Assembly (NCBI RefSeq): GCF_003231495.1
Contig: NZ_PQWO01000002.1
Span: forward strand, 150,001 to 182,000
Length of the DNA stretch: 32,000 nt
From: Acaryochloris thomasi RCC1774
GTDB taxonomy: Bacteria > Cyanobacteriota > Cyanobacteriia > Thermosynechococcales > Thermosynechococcaceae
Direction of reading: 5' to 3'
Below are positions 19,178 to 26,784 of this stretch, piece by piece (positions within the stretch are counted from its first letter, which is position 1; every line of letters begins with the position of its first letter). The position numbers and the translations under genes are program-made. The notes under the pieces were generated by a model. It was not told the DNA's origin and searched no databases. It saw nothing but the letters and a program-made list of their open reading frames with translations.

Positions 19178-20005
19178 ATGCAGACTTTAGACTCTCCAAA
19201 ATCTTCGGCTCTACCGCAGGCTGCTCTCACCATTGCCGGTCGGTCGTTTAGTTCTCGGCTGATGACGGGGACCGGTAAGTATCGTTCAATCTCTGAGATG
19301 TCTGATTGTGTCTCGGCCTCTGGGACTCAAATCGTGACGGTGGCGGTCCGGCGCGTGCAAACCAATGCTCCAGGCCATGAAGGCCTGGTAGAAGCGCTGG
19401 ACTGGTCAAAAATCTGGATGTTGCCCAACACGGCGGGCTGTCAAACGGCTGAGGATGCCGTGCGCGTGGCGCGTTTAGGCCGCGAAATGGCAAAGCTGCT
19501 GGGCCAAGAAGACAACAACTGGGTCAAGCTTGAGGTGATCCCTGACCCTAAATATTTGCTGCCTGACCCCATCGGAACGCTAACGGCGGCGGAGCAACTG
19601 GTCAAAGAAGGGTTCGCGGTGCTGCCTTATATCAATGCAGATCCTCTGCTGGCAAAGCATCTGCAGGAGCTGGGGTGCGCCACGGTTATGCCGCTAGGAT
19701 CGCCCATTGGGTCAGGTCAAGGCATCCAAAATGCGGCTAATATTCAGATCATTATTGAGAACGCCATCGTACCGGTTGTGGTGGATGCCGGGATCGGTAC
19801 GCCTAGCGAGGCGGTGTGGGCGATGGAGTTGGGAGCGGATGCCCTGCTCGTTAATACTGCGATCGCAAAGGCAGCAAACCCCAAAGCAATGGCTCGGGCG
19901 ATGGGGCTGGCGACTGAGGCGGGGCGACTGGCCTATCACTCCGGGAGAATTCCGGTTAAAGCCTATGCCAGCGCGAGTTCCCCGACGACGGGAGTCGTGG
20001 ATTGA
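19178..20005 (+). CDS. thiG: Thiazole synthase
   Basis: [32 protein letters not shown], the KLEVI.D lysine block, [12 protein letters not shown] and AGIGTPS match ThiG throughout. There is no N-terminal ThiS fusion. Confidence 0.95.
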   Translation: MQTLDSPKSSALPQAALTIAGRSFSSRLMTGTGKYRSISEMSDCVSASGTQIVTVAVRRVQTNAPGHEGLVEALDWSKIWMLPNTAGCQTAEDAVRVARLGREMAKLLGQEDNNWVKLEVIPDPKYLLPDPIGTLTAAEQLVKEGFAVLPYINADPLLAKHLQELGCATVMPLGSPIGSGQGIQNAANIQIIIENAIVPVVVDAGIGTPSEAVWAMELGADALLVNTAIAKAANPKAMARAMGLATEAGRLAYHSGRIPVKAYASASSPTTGVVD

Positions 20006-20063
20006 AGGGGATGTTAGCCGTGATCCTGAGGGCAATAATCCTAGAAAAGAAGCGAAAAGACTC

Positions 20064-20072
20064 TGGTATACT
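20064..20072 (+). promoter_or_regulatory. Extended -10 promoter element for the Psb34-like small ORF
   Basis: TGGTATACT (TGn + TATACT) ends 33 nt upstream of the ATG at 20106. No transcript data are available to confirm it. Confidence 0.3.
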
Positions 20073-20105
20073 TTGCAAAAAGTAATGACATAAGAGCTTT
20101 GCCCT

Positions 20106-20273
20106 ATGCGCGTCACGGAAGATGGAGATCGTCTCAACAACTATGCTTCTGAGCCTAAGGCTTACGCGGCAGAGCCGATGACAGAGACGCAGAAGAAAAC
20201 CTACATCGCCGTTGGCGTGGGTTCATTAGTACTGTTGGCGGGCATGGTTGCGATCGCAACATTCGTCTCCTAA
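20106..20273 (+). CDS. psb34: Small single-TM protein, probable Psb34 / ssl1498-family light-harvesting-like PSII assembly factor
   Basis: Hand translation gives MRVTEDGDRLNNYASEPKAYAAEPMTETQKKTYIAVGVGSLVLLAGMVAIATFVS (55 aa). The N-terminal G.RLNN(F/Y)A.EPK.Y motif plus one C-terminal TM helix matches my recollection of the ssl1498/tsl0063 family. It is under 60 aa and so absent from the track. Confidence 0.6.
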   Translation: MRVTEDGDRLNNYASEPKAYAAEPMTETQKKTYIAVGVGSLVLLAGMVAIATFVS

Positions 20274-20337
20274 GGCGTTTATTCCCCAGAGTCATCTGTC
20301 TCCTAAAGCAATAACCTGAAATTTGGCCAATATCGGC

Positions 20338-21510
20338 TTAGTAATCAGGCACACTGGCATCAATCTCGCGGCTCCAGGCTTGAATGCCGCCGGTCACGTT
20401 GGTGCCCTCAATTCCTGCCGCCTGTAAAATTCCGAGCGCCTTTGCCGATCGTCCCCCCATTTTGCAGTGGGCAATCAGGCGATGACCATTCAAGAGATCC
20501 TTTACTTTGGCGACGCCTTCACCACTCTCGATCTCTGAAAGCGGCACCAGCACAGAACCTTCAATGCGAGCAATCTCATACTCATTAGGATTGCGAACGT
20601 CAACCAAGACATAGTCCTGCGCGTTGCTCTCCAGCAATGTCTTCAGATCTTGAACCGTCATTTCTTGCATATTGGCCTGCCTTTTTTCTTCCTCTGCTTT
20701 GGCTTGGGGAATGCCGCAGAACTCCTCGTAGTCCACCAGCTTTTCAATCACGGGACGCTCGGGGTTCGGACGCAGCTTCAACTCCCTGAAGCTCATGTCA
20801 AGGGAGTTATAGAGCAGCAGCCGACCGCTCAAGGTGGTTCCCTGGCCCAGAATAATCTTGACCGTCTCAGTGGCCTGAATGACGCCAATGATCCCTGGCA
20901 AAATACCCAGCACGCCTCCCTCCGCACAGGAAGGAACGAGACCCGGTGGGGGTGGCTCGGGATAAAGATCGCGGTAGTTGGGGCCACCTTCGTAGTTGAA
21001 GACCGTAGCCTGTCCCTCAAAGCGATAGATCGAACCGTAGACGTTGGGCTTATCTAGTAGAACGCAGGCATCATTGACGAGATATCGGGTGGGGAAATTA
21101 TCGGTACCATCCACCACAATGTCGTAGGGCTCCAGAATTTCTAAGGCATTGTCGGCACTGAGGGCATCATCATACAGATCAACCTGGCACAGGGGATTAA
21201 TCTCGTGAATGCGGTGCTTTGCCGACTCAATTTTGAGTTTGCCCACCCAGGATGTCCCGTGAATCACCTGCCGCTGTAAGTTCGACTGATCCACAATGTC
21301 AAAGTCTACGATCCCGAGACGACCGACGCCCGCTGCGGCTAGGTAAAGCAGCAGAGGAGAACCTAGGCCGCCGGTGCCAATACAGAGGACGCTGGCTGCC
21401 TTGAGTCGCTTTTGGCCCTCTAGACCTACCTCCGGCAGAATCAAATGTCGAGAGTAGCGTTCGTACTCTTCAGGTGTGAGCTGGACCTGATCCAGATTGG
21501 GATTAAGCAT
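20338..21510 (-). CDS. moeZ: E1-like adenylyltransferase/sulfurtransferase (MoeB/ThiF domain fused to rhodanese; MoeZ-type)
   Basis: YSRHLILPEVGLEGQ, the nucleotide loop GTGGLGSPLLLYLAAAG, DFD.VD.SNLQRQ and PSCAEGGVLG make up the E1 domain. The C-terminal rhodanese domain has the active-site loop CKMGGRS. Confidence 0.9.
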   Translation of the reverse strand: MLNPNLDQVQLTPEEYERYSRHLILPEVGLEGQKRLKAASVLCIGTGGLGSPLLLYLAAAGVGRLGIVDFDIVDQSNLQRQVIHGTSWVGKLKIESAKHRIHEINPLCQVDLYDDALSADNALEILEPYDIVVDGTDNFPTRYLVNDACVLLDKPNVYGSIYRFEGQATVFNYEGGPNYRDLYPEPPPPGLVPSCAEGGVLGILPGIIGVIQATETVKIILGQGTTLSGRLLLYNSLDMSFRELKLRPNPERPVIEKLVDYEEFCGIPQAKAEEEKRQANMQEMTVQDLKTLLESNAQDYVLVDVRNPNEYEIARIEGSVLVPLSEIESGEGVAKVKDLLNGHRLIAHCKMGGRSAKALGILQAAGIEGTNVTGGIQAWSREIDASVPDY

Positions 21511-21570
21511 GGCTGAGAACCTTAGGCAAAAAGAGGGTATAGATAGCGATTGGGAACACAGAGGAATACA

Positions 21571-22041
21571 TTACTGCTGATGACTTTTCACAATAATGGT
21601 CTCAGACTGAAACCTCTCATGCTCATCAAGCCTCCAGCTTTGCAAATCACAGGCGATGCCCTGCTGCACAGACACAATAATGTAGGAATACTGCGGCCAG
21701 GCCCACTTGCGATCGCACTCTGACGGAACCGCTGACTGATCTGGATGAGAATGGTAGACCCCTATAATATCGCAACCGAGGGCGCGAGCAACCTTCTGAG
21801 TGCGCAGCAGATCTTCCGGAGCAATGGCATAGCGTCGAGTGGTGCTGAATCCTTCTGTTTGGGGCCATTCAGTTTGCTTATCCCAAGCATTTGGCGCTGG
21901 CTCCACCCCCTGCACTGTTCTGTGCCAAATGCCTTCTTCAAGCACGCTGTGGCCGATCAGTAAGCCACAGCACTCATCGGCATAGGCCCGCTCACCGTGA
22001 TCTTTAATGGTCTGTAGTTGATCAGGATGAACGGTTAGCAC
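21571..22041 (-). CDS. JAMM/MPN+ (Mov34) family metallopeptidase
   Basis: The JAMM signature is complete: an upstream Glu (ECCGLLIG) and HSHPDQSAVPSECD, which is H-x-H-x7-S-x2-D. 156 aa with a GTG start, 60 nt upstream of moeZ on the same strand. Confidence 0.88.
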   Translation of the reverse strand: MLTVHPDQLQTIKDHGERAYADECCGLLIGHSVLEEGIWHRTVQGVEPAPNAWDKQTEWPQTEGFSTTRRYAIAPEDLLRTQKVARALGCDIIGVYHSHPDQSAVPSECDRKWAWPQYSYIIVSVQQGIACDLQSWRLDEHERFQSETIIVKSHQQ

Positions 22042-22070
22042 AGGATCTGAGGAACATCCCCTGATAGGGG

Positions 22071-23276
22071 TTAAGCATGAATGAGTGCCTTGCTCTGGCT
22101 AGGATTTGCCACTGCATCATCCTGCGACGGTGAGAGTTCCTGTACCAAGGCTCGGAGCTCATCAGGTCGCACCGGCTTTGAGAGCGTTGTCGTACTGCCG
22201 CAGAGGCGATTGCGGAAGTTCCCGATCAGGCTCTCGCGATCCTTAAGAATGACAATGGGCAGAGTACTCAAAAACTCAATTCGACGCAGGAGACGGCAGA
22301 GTGCGTACCCGTCTATATCCGGCAGATCGCTACCGAGCAAGATTAAGTTCGGAGGTTGTTCAGCTAGTGTCGTAAAAACCTTTGTGGGGTTCACGATCGG
22401 GATCATGCTGTAACCAGCCGGTTCCAACGTTTTGCGGACTAAAGACTGCAGCGCTTGACTGGGATCAATACAGGCGACTCTTGGCTGGTTGAGCGTCTGT
22501 ACACCTTCGTAAGGGTTGACCCCGACCGCGCCATATTTAATTAAAGGATGAATCGTAATCGCTAAATCTTTAACATCCATTGAAAAACGACTGGCGAGTT
22601 CGTATAGGCAAAGATTTTTTTTGAGCGCCACTGTTAAGTGGGAGAGGCGGCAATAGGTACCCTGCATGTATCGCAAAAAGTATACGAGCTTATCCCAGTC
22701 TTGGATAAAGGGCCTTTGAAAGGCTGAGCTCATATCGGTATGCATCAGCGACCACTGATCAATGTGGGGTTCTATCGGCCAGATGAGCTTCCAAAGTGGA
22801 GAAGAAAGGAGAAGGGGATCAAGCTGCACTTGGGCTTCAAAGTTGACCTTCGGTTTGGGGATTGCTAGCAACTGAATGAGAGCTTCTTGAGTCACAAGGG
22901 TCAACAGATCTCGAAACTGAGGGACCGTGAGCTGTTCTGATCGCCAGAGCTGACACAAAAATTCGTAGTCAGAGAACGGCTCCGAGGGCAGCGTCAGCTC
23001 ACATTGCGGAACATATTGCTGTAGCAGATAGGAGAGTCTTTCCGTTTGTCCTGCAGTACTTTCGGCAAAATGAATCTGCCCATCACCAAAGTAAACGCGC
23101 CAGCCCACGGTCTGATCGATCGGGTTATGGAAAGTCACGCGTCCTGAGGGATATTCACCCATCAGATTGCTAAGTACTTGAGAGGAAGATAGCCGAGATC
23201 GGCTTAGGCTCTGCGACGGTCTTCCTGGTGCAGCGTAATTCATAATACCCCCGACGACGTTGTGCTGAGAACCCAT
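22071..23276 (-). CDS. PatA/PixG-type protein: N-terminal PATAN (DUF4388) domain + C-terminal CheY-like receiver (apparently degenerate)
   Basis: The N-terminal block GRVTFHNPIDQTVGWRVYFGDGQIHFAESTAGQTERLSYLL fits the PATAN pattern. The C-terminus PNLILLGSDLPDIDGYALCRLLRR...LPIVILKD...LSKPV fits a receiver fold. Its stop lies 29 nt from the JAMM gene start. Confidence 0.75.
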   Translation of the reverse strand: MGSQHNVVGGIMNYAAPGRPSQSLSRSRLSSSQVLSNLMGEYPSGRVTFHNPIDQTVGWRVYFGDGQIHFAESTAGQTERLSYLLQQYVPQCELTLPSEPFSDYEFLCQLWRSEQLTVPQFRDLLTLVTQEALIQLLAIPKPKVNFEAQVQLDPLLLSSPLWKLIWPIEPHIDQWSLMHTDMSSAFQRPFIQDWDKLVYFLRYMQGTYCRLSHLTVALKKNLCLYELASRFSMDVKDLAITIHPLIKYGAVGVNPYEGVQTLNQPRVACIDPSQALQSLVRKTLEPAGYSMIPIVNPTKVFTTLAEQPPNLILLGSDLPDIDGYALCRLLRRIEFLSTLPIVILKDRESLIGNFRNRLCGSTTTLSKPVRPDELRALVQELSPSQDDAVANPSQSKALIHA

Positions 23277-23657
23277 TTCTTGGATTCCTCGACGGTGGTA
23301 GGTTCCGTCAGAATGTAGATTATCTGTTCTAAAACTGATGTCATGTGAGTTCAGCTTGGTCTAGACGTGTCATGCTCCACCCCACTGTCCTAGTAAAACA
23401 AACATTCTCTCGTTTGTCGCTAGCACATACAAATAGAAACTACCTCTGTATTCTTACGGAGTGCAACTTAGGCCATGATGCCCAAACCTATCAGAGGGCT
23501 AACACCCTTGTAGACGGTCCTGGATACCCTAACTTAAGATTGTCTTTATACTCTAGCGTGTTGACGCTCTGTGAAGAAATGTTGCGTCTCCGGGTATGGC
23601 TCCGTGAACTTACGGAAGTTGATAAAACTATGTGAACAGGAGATAGGAGATGCCGTT

Positions 23658-24110
23658 GTGACTGACGTGATGCCAGAGGCGTTTTGGCGGGGGGTGCGGG
23701 AATTTAACCGTGGCGATTACTATGCCTGTCACGACACGCTAGAGGCACTGTGGATGGTCGCCTCTGACCCACCCAAAAGTCTCTATCAGGGAATTTTGCA
23801 GATAGCCGTGGCCTGCTATCACTTAGGGAACCAAAATTGGTTAGGGGCGGTCACCCTCTTGGGTGAAGGAACTCGGCGGTTGCAGTCGTACAAACCCACC
23901 TATGCCGAGCTTGATATTGAACAGCTAGTTGTTGCTGGAACTGCCCTGCTCACGCAGCTTCAAGAGGCAGGGGCAGAGCAGCTTCACTTGTTCACTGATG
24001 CTGAGCAATCATCTGTGAAAGGGTCTGCGAGACTCTATTTGCGGATGATTGCAGACGACTCAGCATCGGACGAGTGTTTTGCAAAGCACAGAGCGTCGGC
24101 ACATAATTAA
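23658..24110 (+). CDS. DUF309 domain-containing protein
   Basis: F..GV..FN.G.YY.CHD.LE.LW........K..YQGILQ.AVA.YH..N.N..GA..L is the DUF309 helical-pair signature. I prefer the GTG at 23658, which is preceded by TAGGAGA, over the track start at 23571. Confidence 0.75.
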   Translation: MTDVMPEAFWRGVREFNRGDYYACHDTLEALWMVASDPPKSLYQGILQIAVACYHLGNQNWLGAVTLLGEGTRRLQSYKPTYAELDIEQLVVAGTALLTQLQEAGAEQLHLFTDAEQSSVKGSARLYLRMIADDSASDECFAKHRASAHN

Positions 24111-24137
24111 AGTGACTCTCGGGTAGGAACATTCATA

Positions 24138-24551
24138 ATGCTGAAATGGGCCAAAATCGGGCTGGTTACACCAGTTGTGCTGAGCTGTTTTTGGCTGGGA
24201 TCAACCTCGTTAAACTCGGCTCAGGGACAGTCCCGATCGCTGACGCTGCGGGCTGACATTCAGCAGGCAAATGCGAAGACGGGTGTGGTCACGGCCAGCG
24301 GCAATGTTCAGCTCAGCTATCCAGCGCGCCAAATTCAGGCGACGTCTGCTCAGGCACAATACTACAGTCGAGAGCGCCGGATTATCCTTAGTGGTAATGT
24401 GTATGTCCTGCAGGCCGGTAATAGCTTGCGGGCTGAAACTATTACCTACTTGATTGATGAAGGTCGGTTTGTGGCGGTTAACGATCCAGCCACACAAGTC
24501 GAGGCCGTGATCGTCGTTGAGGATCAAGATGTCCCGATTGTCGACAATTAG
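24138..24551 (+). CDS. lptA: LptA/OstA-N family periplasmic LPS-transport protein
   Basis: It has a signal-anchor N-terminus (IGLVTPVVLSCFWLGS) and OstA-like beta-jellyroll repeats (TASGNVQLSY, ILSGNVYVLQAGNSLRAE.ITY). It lies immediately upstream of lptB. Confidence 0.75.
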   Translation: MLKWAKIGLVTPVVLSCFWLGSTSLNSAQGQSRSLTLRADIQQANAKTGVVTASGNVQLSYPARQIQATSAQAQYYSRERRIILSGNVYVLQAGNSLRAETITYLIDEGRFVAVNDPATQVEAVIVVEDQDVPIVDN

Positions 24552-24632
24552 GAACTTCAGAGTAGCTCGTGCGATTGTTGATCCATGGTGGTTGTCCTTG
24601 CTTCAAGGGTGGCGAGCTGGGAGCAAACGACC

Positions 24633-25361
24633 ATGAGACTGTTGCTTCAGGACGTTTGTAAATCCTATCGTCGCCGCAGCATTGTCAATAACATGACGCT
24701 TTCGGTGCACCAGGGAGAAATTGTGGGATTGCTCGGTCCCAACGGGGCGGGTAAAACAACAACGTTTTATCTTGCGACGGGTCTAGAGCGTCCTGATCAG
24801 GGGCGGGTTTGGCTCGGTAGTCGTGATATTACGCGCTTACCGATGCATCGACGGGCCAGATTGGGGATGAGCTATTTGGCTCAAGAGGCCAGTATCTTTC
24901 GTGATTTGACGGTGCGGGACAATTTGCTGCTAGTGATGGAGCAGACGCAGGTTCCTCGGCAACAGTGGCATCAGCGTGTTGAGAATCTGCTCACTGAATT
25001 TCAGCTTCATGGTGTGGCTTCGACGCTGGGGCAAGCGGTTTCTGGGGGCGAGCGTCGGCGGACGGAACTAGCGCGGGCGTTGGCTGCTGGCTCTAATGGA
25101 CCTGATTTTTTGCTGCTGGATGAACCGTTCGCAGGCGTTGACCCGATTGCGGTGGCTGATATTCAGACGGTTATGCGACGGCTACGCGATCGCAACTTGG
25201 GCATTTTGATTACCGACCACAACGTCCGTGAAACGTTAGCGATTACAGACCGTGCCTACATCATGCGGGAGGGCTATATTCTCGCCTCGGGAAAACCAGA
25301 AGAACTCTACCGCCATCCCCAAGTGCGTCAGTATTACCTGGGGGAAAGCTTTCAGCGATGA
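24633..25361 (+). CDS. lptB: LPS export ABC transporter ATP-binding protein
   Basis: Walker [10 protein letters not shown], signature SGGERRR.ELARAL and Walker [13 protein letters not shown] are present, together with the LptB-type C-terminus (YLG..F). I prefer the ATG at 24633 ([12 protein letters not shown]) over the upstream ATG at 24585 used by the track. Confidence 0.9.
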   Translation: MRLLLQDVCKSYRRRSIVNNMTLSVHQGEIVGLLGPNGAGKTTTFYLATGLERPDQGRVWLGSRDITRLPMHRRARLGMSYLAQEASIFRDLTVRDNLLLVMEQTQVPRQQWHQRVENLLTEFQLHGVASTLGQAVSGGERRRTELARALAAGSNGPDFLLLDEPFAGVDPIAVADIQTVMRRLRDRNLGILITDHNVRETLAITDRAYIMREGYILASGKPEELYRHPQVRQYYLGESFQR

Positions 25362-25547
25362 GCGATGGCCTTTAGTTTGCATATCAAACATGAGCCCACT
25401 CCCTGCAAGACTCCAGAGAGACTGTATTCTAGCCTTCCCCCTGATGAGGGTGACGTGCGTTGCGAGCGATGTAGCCTAGCCACAATCCTGCTCGAATTTC
25501 TTGCATAAACCCACTATGCTGATATCAACTTAACCCTTGATTTTGAA

Positions 25548-26711
25548 ATGCTCCCCCAGCCTCGGGCTTCTTCATCTCTGCTGTCTACGCTCTGGAGCAG
25601 TGTGAACCCTTTCACTCGGCTGGATCAGTATATCTTTCAGGCTCTATGGCCCACCTTTGGGTTCGGTGTTGCCCTCTTCTCCGCCCTCGGTGTTGCTGCA
25701 GGTGTCCTCTTTGATCTGCTGAGGCAGGTGAGTGATATTCAGCTCCCACTGCCCACTGCTCTGCAGATTTTAGGGCTACAGGTGCCCTACTTTATGAGCC
25801 TGTCCTTCCCGATGGCGGTGTTGCTGTCGAGCCTGCTTAGCATGTCCCGTCTGGCCACCGATGGAGAGCTGATTGCGCTGCGGTCTGCGGGTGTCAGCCT
25901 TTATCGTCTCGTGTGGTCTGTGATTTTGTTTGGCTTACTGGTCACCGGCACCATGTTTATTTTCGAAGAACTGGTGGTTCCTACGACCCAGCAACAGGCT
26001 CGATCACTTTTAGAGGCTCCGCTTTCTCAGGGTGTTGCGGCTGGCCAGGACCGCAATATCTTCTATCAGGAATATGGTGCTGATCGAGAAGTAAAACGTT
26101 TTTTCTATGCTCAACGCGCTGATGGTAATACCTTCAGAGGGTTGACGATCTTAGACTTTACAAAGCCCGGGGCCAAGCAGGTGATCTCTGCCGAGTCGGC
26201 TCGCTGGGATGCCGCTGGCAATACCTGGCGATTTCGTAACGGCACTATCTACGCCGTAACGCCCTCCGGGACTCAGCAGCAAGTCTTAGATTTTGAAGAA
26301 CAGCAGCTGAGCCTCCCCCGCGATCCACTCGATTTAACGATCCCTGAGCGAGAGCCGGAAGAAATGACGATTGCTCAGGCCCAGCGTTATCGTGCCACGA
26401 TTGAGCAAACGGGAGACTCAAAACGATTGCGAAAAGTGGAGATTCAGCTTCAGCGAAAAGTTGCGCTACCGTTCACCGCCGTTATTTTTGGCCTCGTGGG
26501 TAGCTCCCTGGGGATGCGGAGTCGCCGGTTGGCCGCCAGCACTGGCTTCGGTCTGAGCTTATTAGTGGTTTTGGCCCAGTACTTCGCTATTTTTGCTGCC
26601 AATGTTTGGGGTAAGGCGGGTTTGCTCTCTCCTTCAATGGCGGCTTGGCTGCCCAATTTGTTAGGGCTGGCCCTGGGGTTAGGGATTTTGATTAAAGGAA
26701 TGCGGCCCTGA
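25548..26711 (+). CDS. LptF/LptG (YjgP/YjgQ) family LPS export permease
   Basis: LDQYIFQALWPTFGFGV is the LptF/G N-terminal motif. The topology is 3+3 TM helices around a periplasmic beta-jellyroll insert. It lies downstream of lptB. Confidence 0.85.
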   Translation: MLPQPRASSSLLSTLWSSVNPFTRLDQYIFQALWPTFGFGVALFSALGVAAGVLFDLLRQVSDIQLPLPTALQILGLQVPYFMSLSFPMAVLLSSLLSMSRLATDGELIALRSAGVSLYRLVWSVILFGLLVTGTMFIFEELVVPTTQQQARSLLEAPLSQGVAAGQDRNIFYQEYGADREVKRFFYAQRADGNTFRGLTILDFTKPGAKQVISAESARWDAAGNTWRFRNGTIYAVTPSGTQQQVLDFEEQQLSLPRDPLDLTIPEREPEEMTIAQAQRYRATIEQTGDSKRLRKVEIQLQRKVALPFTAVIFGLVGSSLGMRSRRLAASTGFGLSLLVVLAQYFAIFAANVWGKAGLLSPSMAAWLPNLLGLALGLGILIKGMRP

Positions 26712-26784
26712 CCGCCTGCTATAGCAGTACACGTATTGATTGGGATATAAAAATGGCTGAAACCCACCTGTGCGAAGGGTCGTC

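Noticed and set aside
23345-23635. 96-aa GTG-initiated ORF in the gap between the PATAN gene and the DUF309 gene
   Set aside because: It has no recognisable domain and no SD, and it overlaps the upstream extension of the DUF309 frame. Its composition is not protein-like (many Leu/Arg/Thr from AT-rich promoter sequence).
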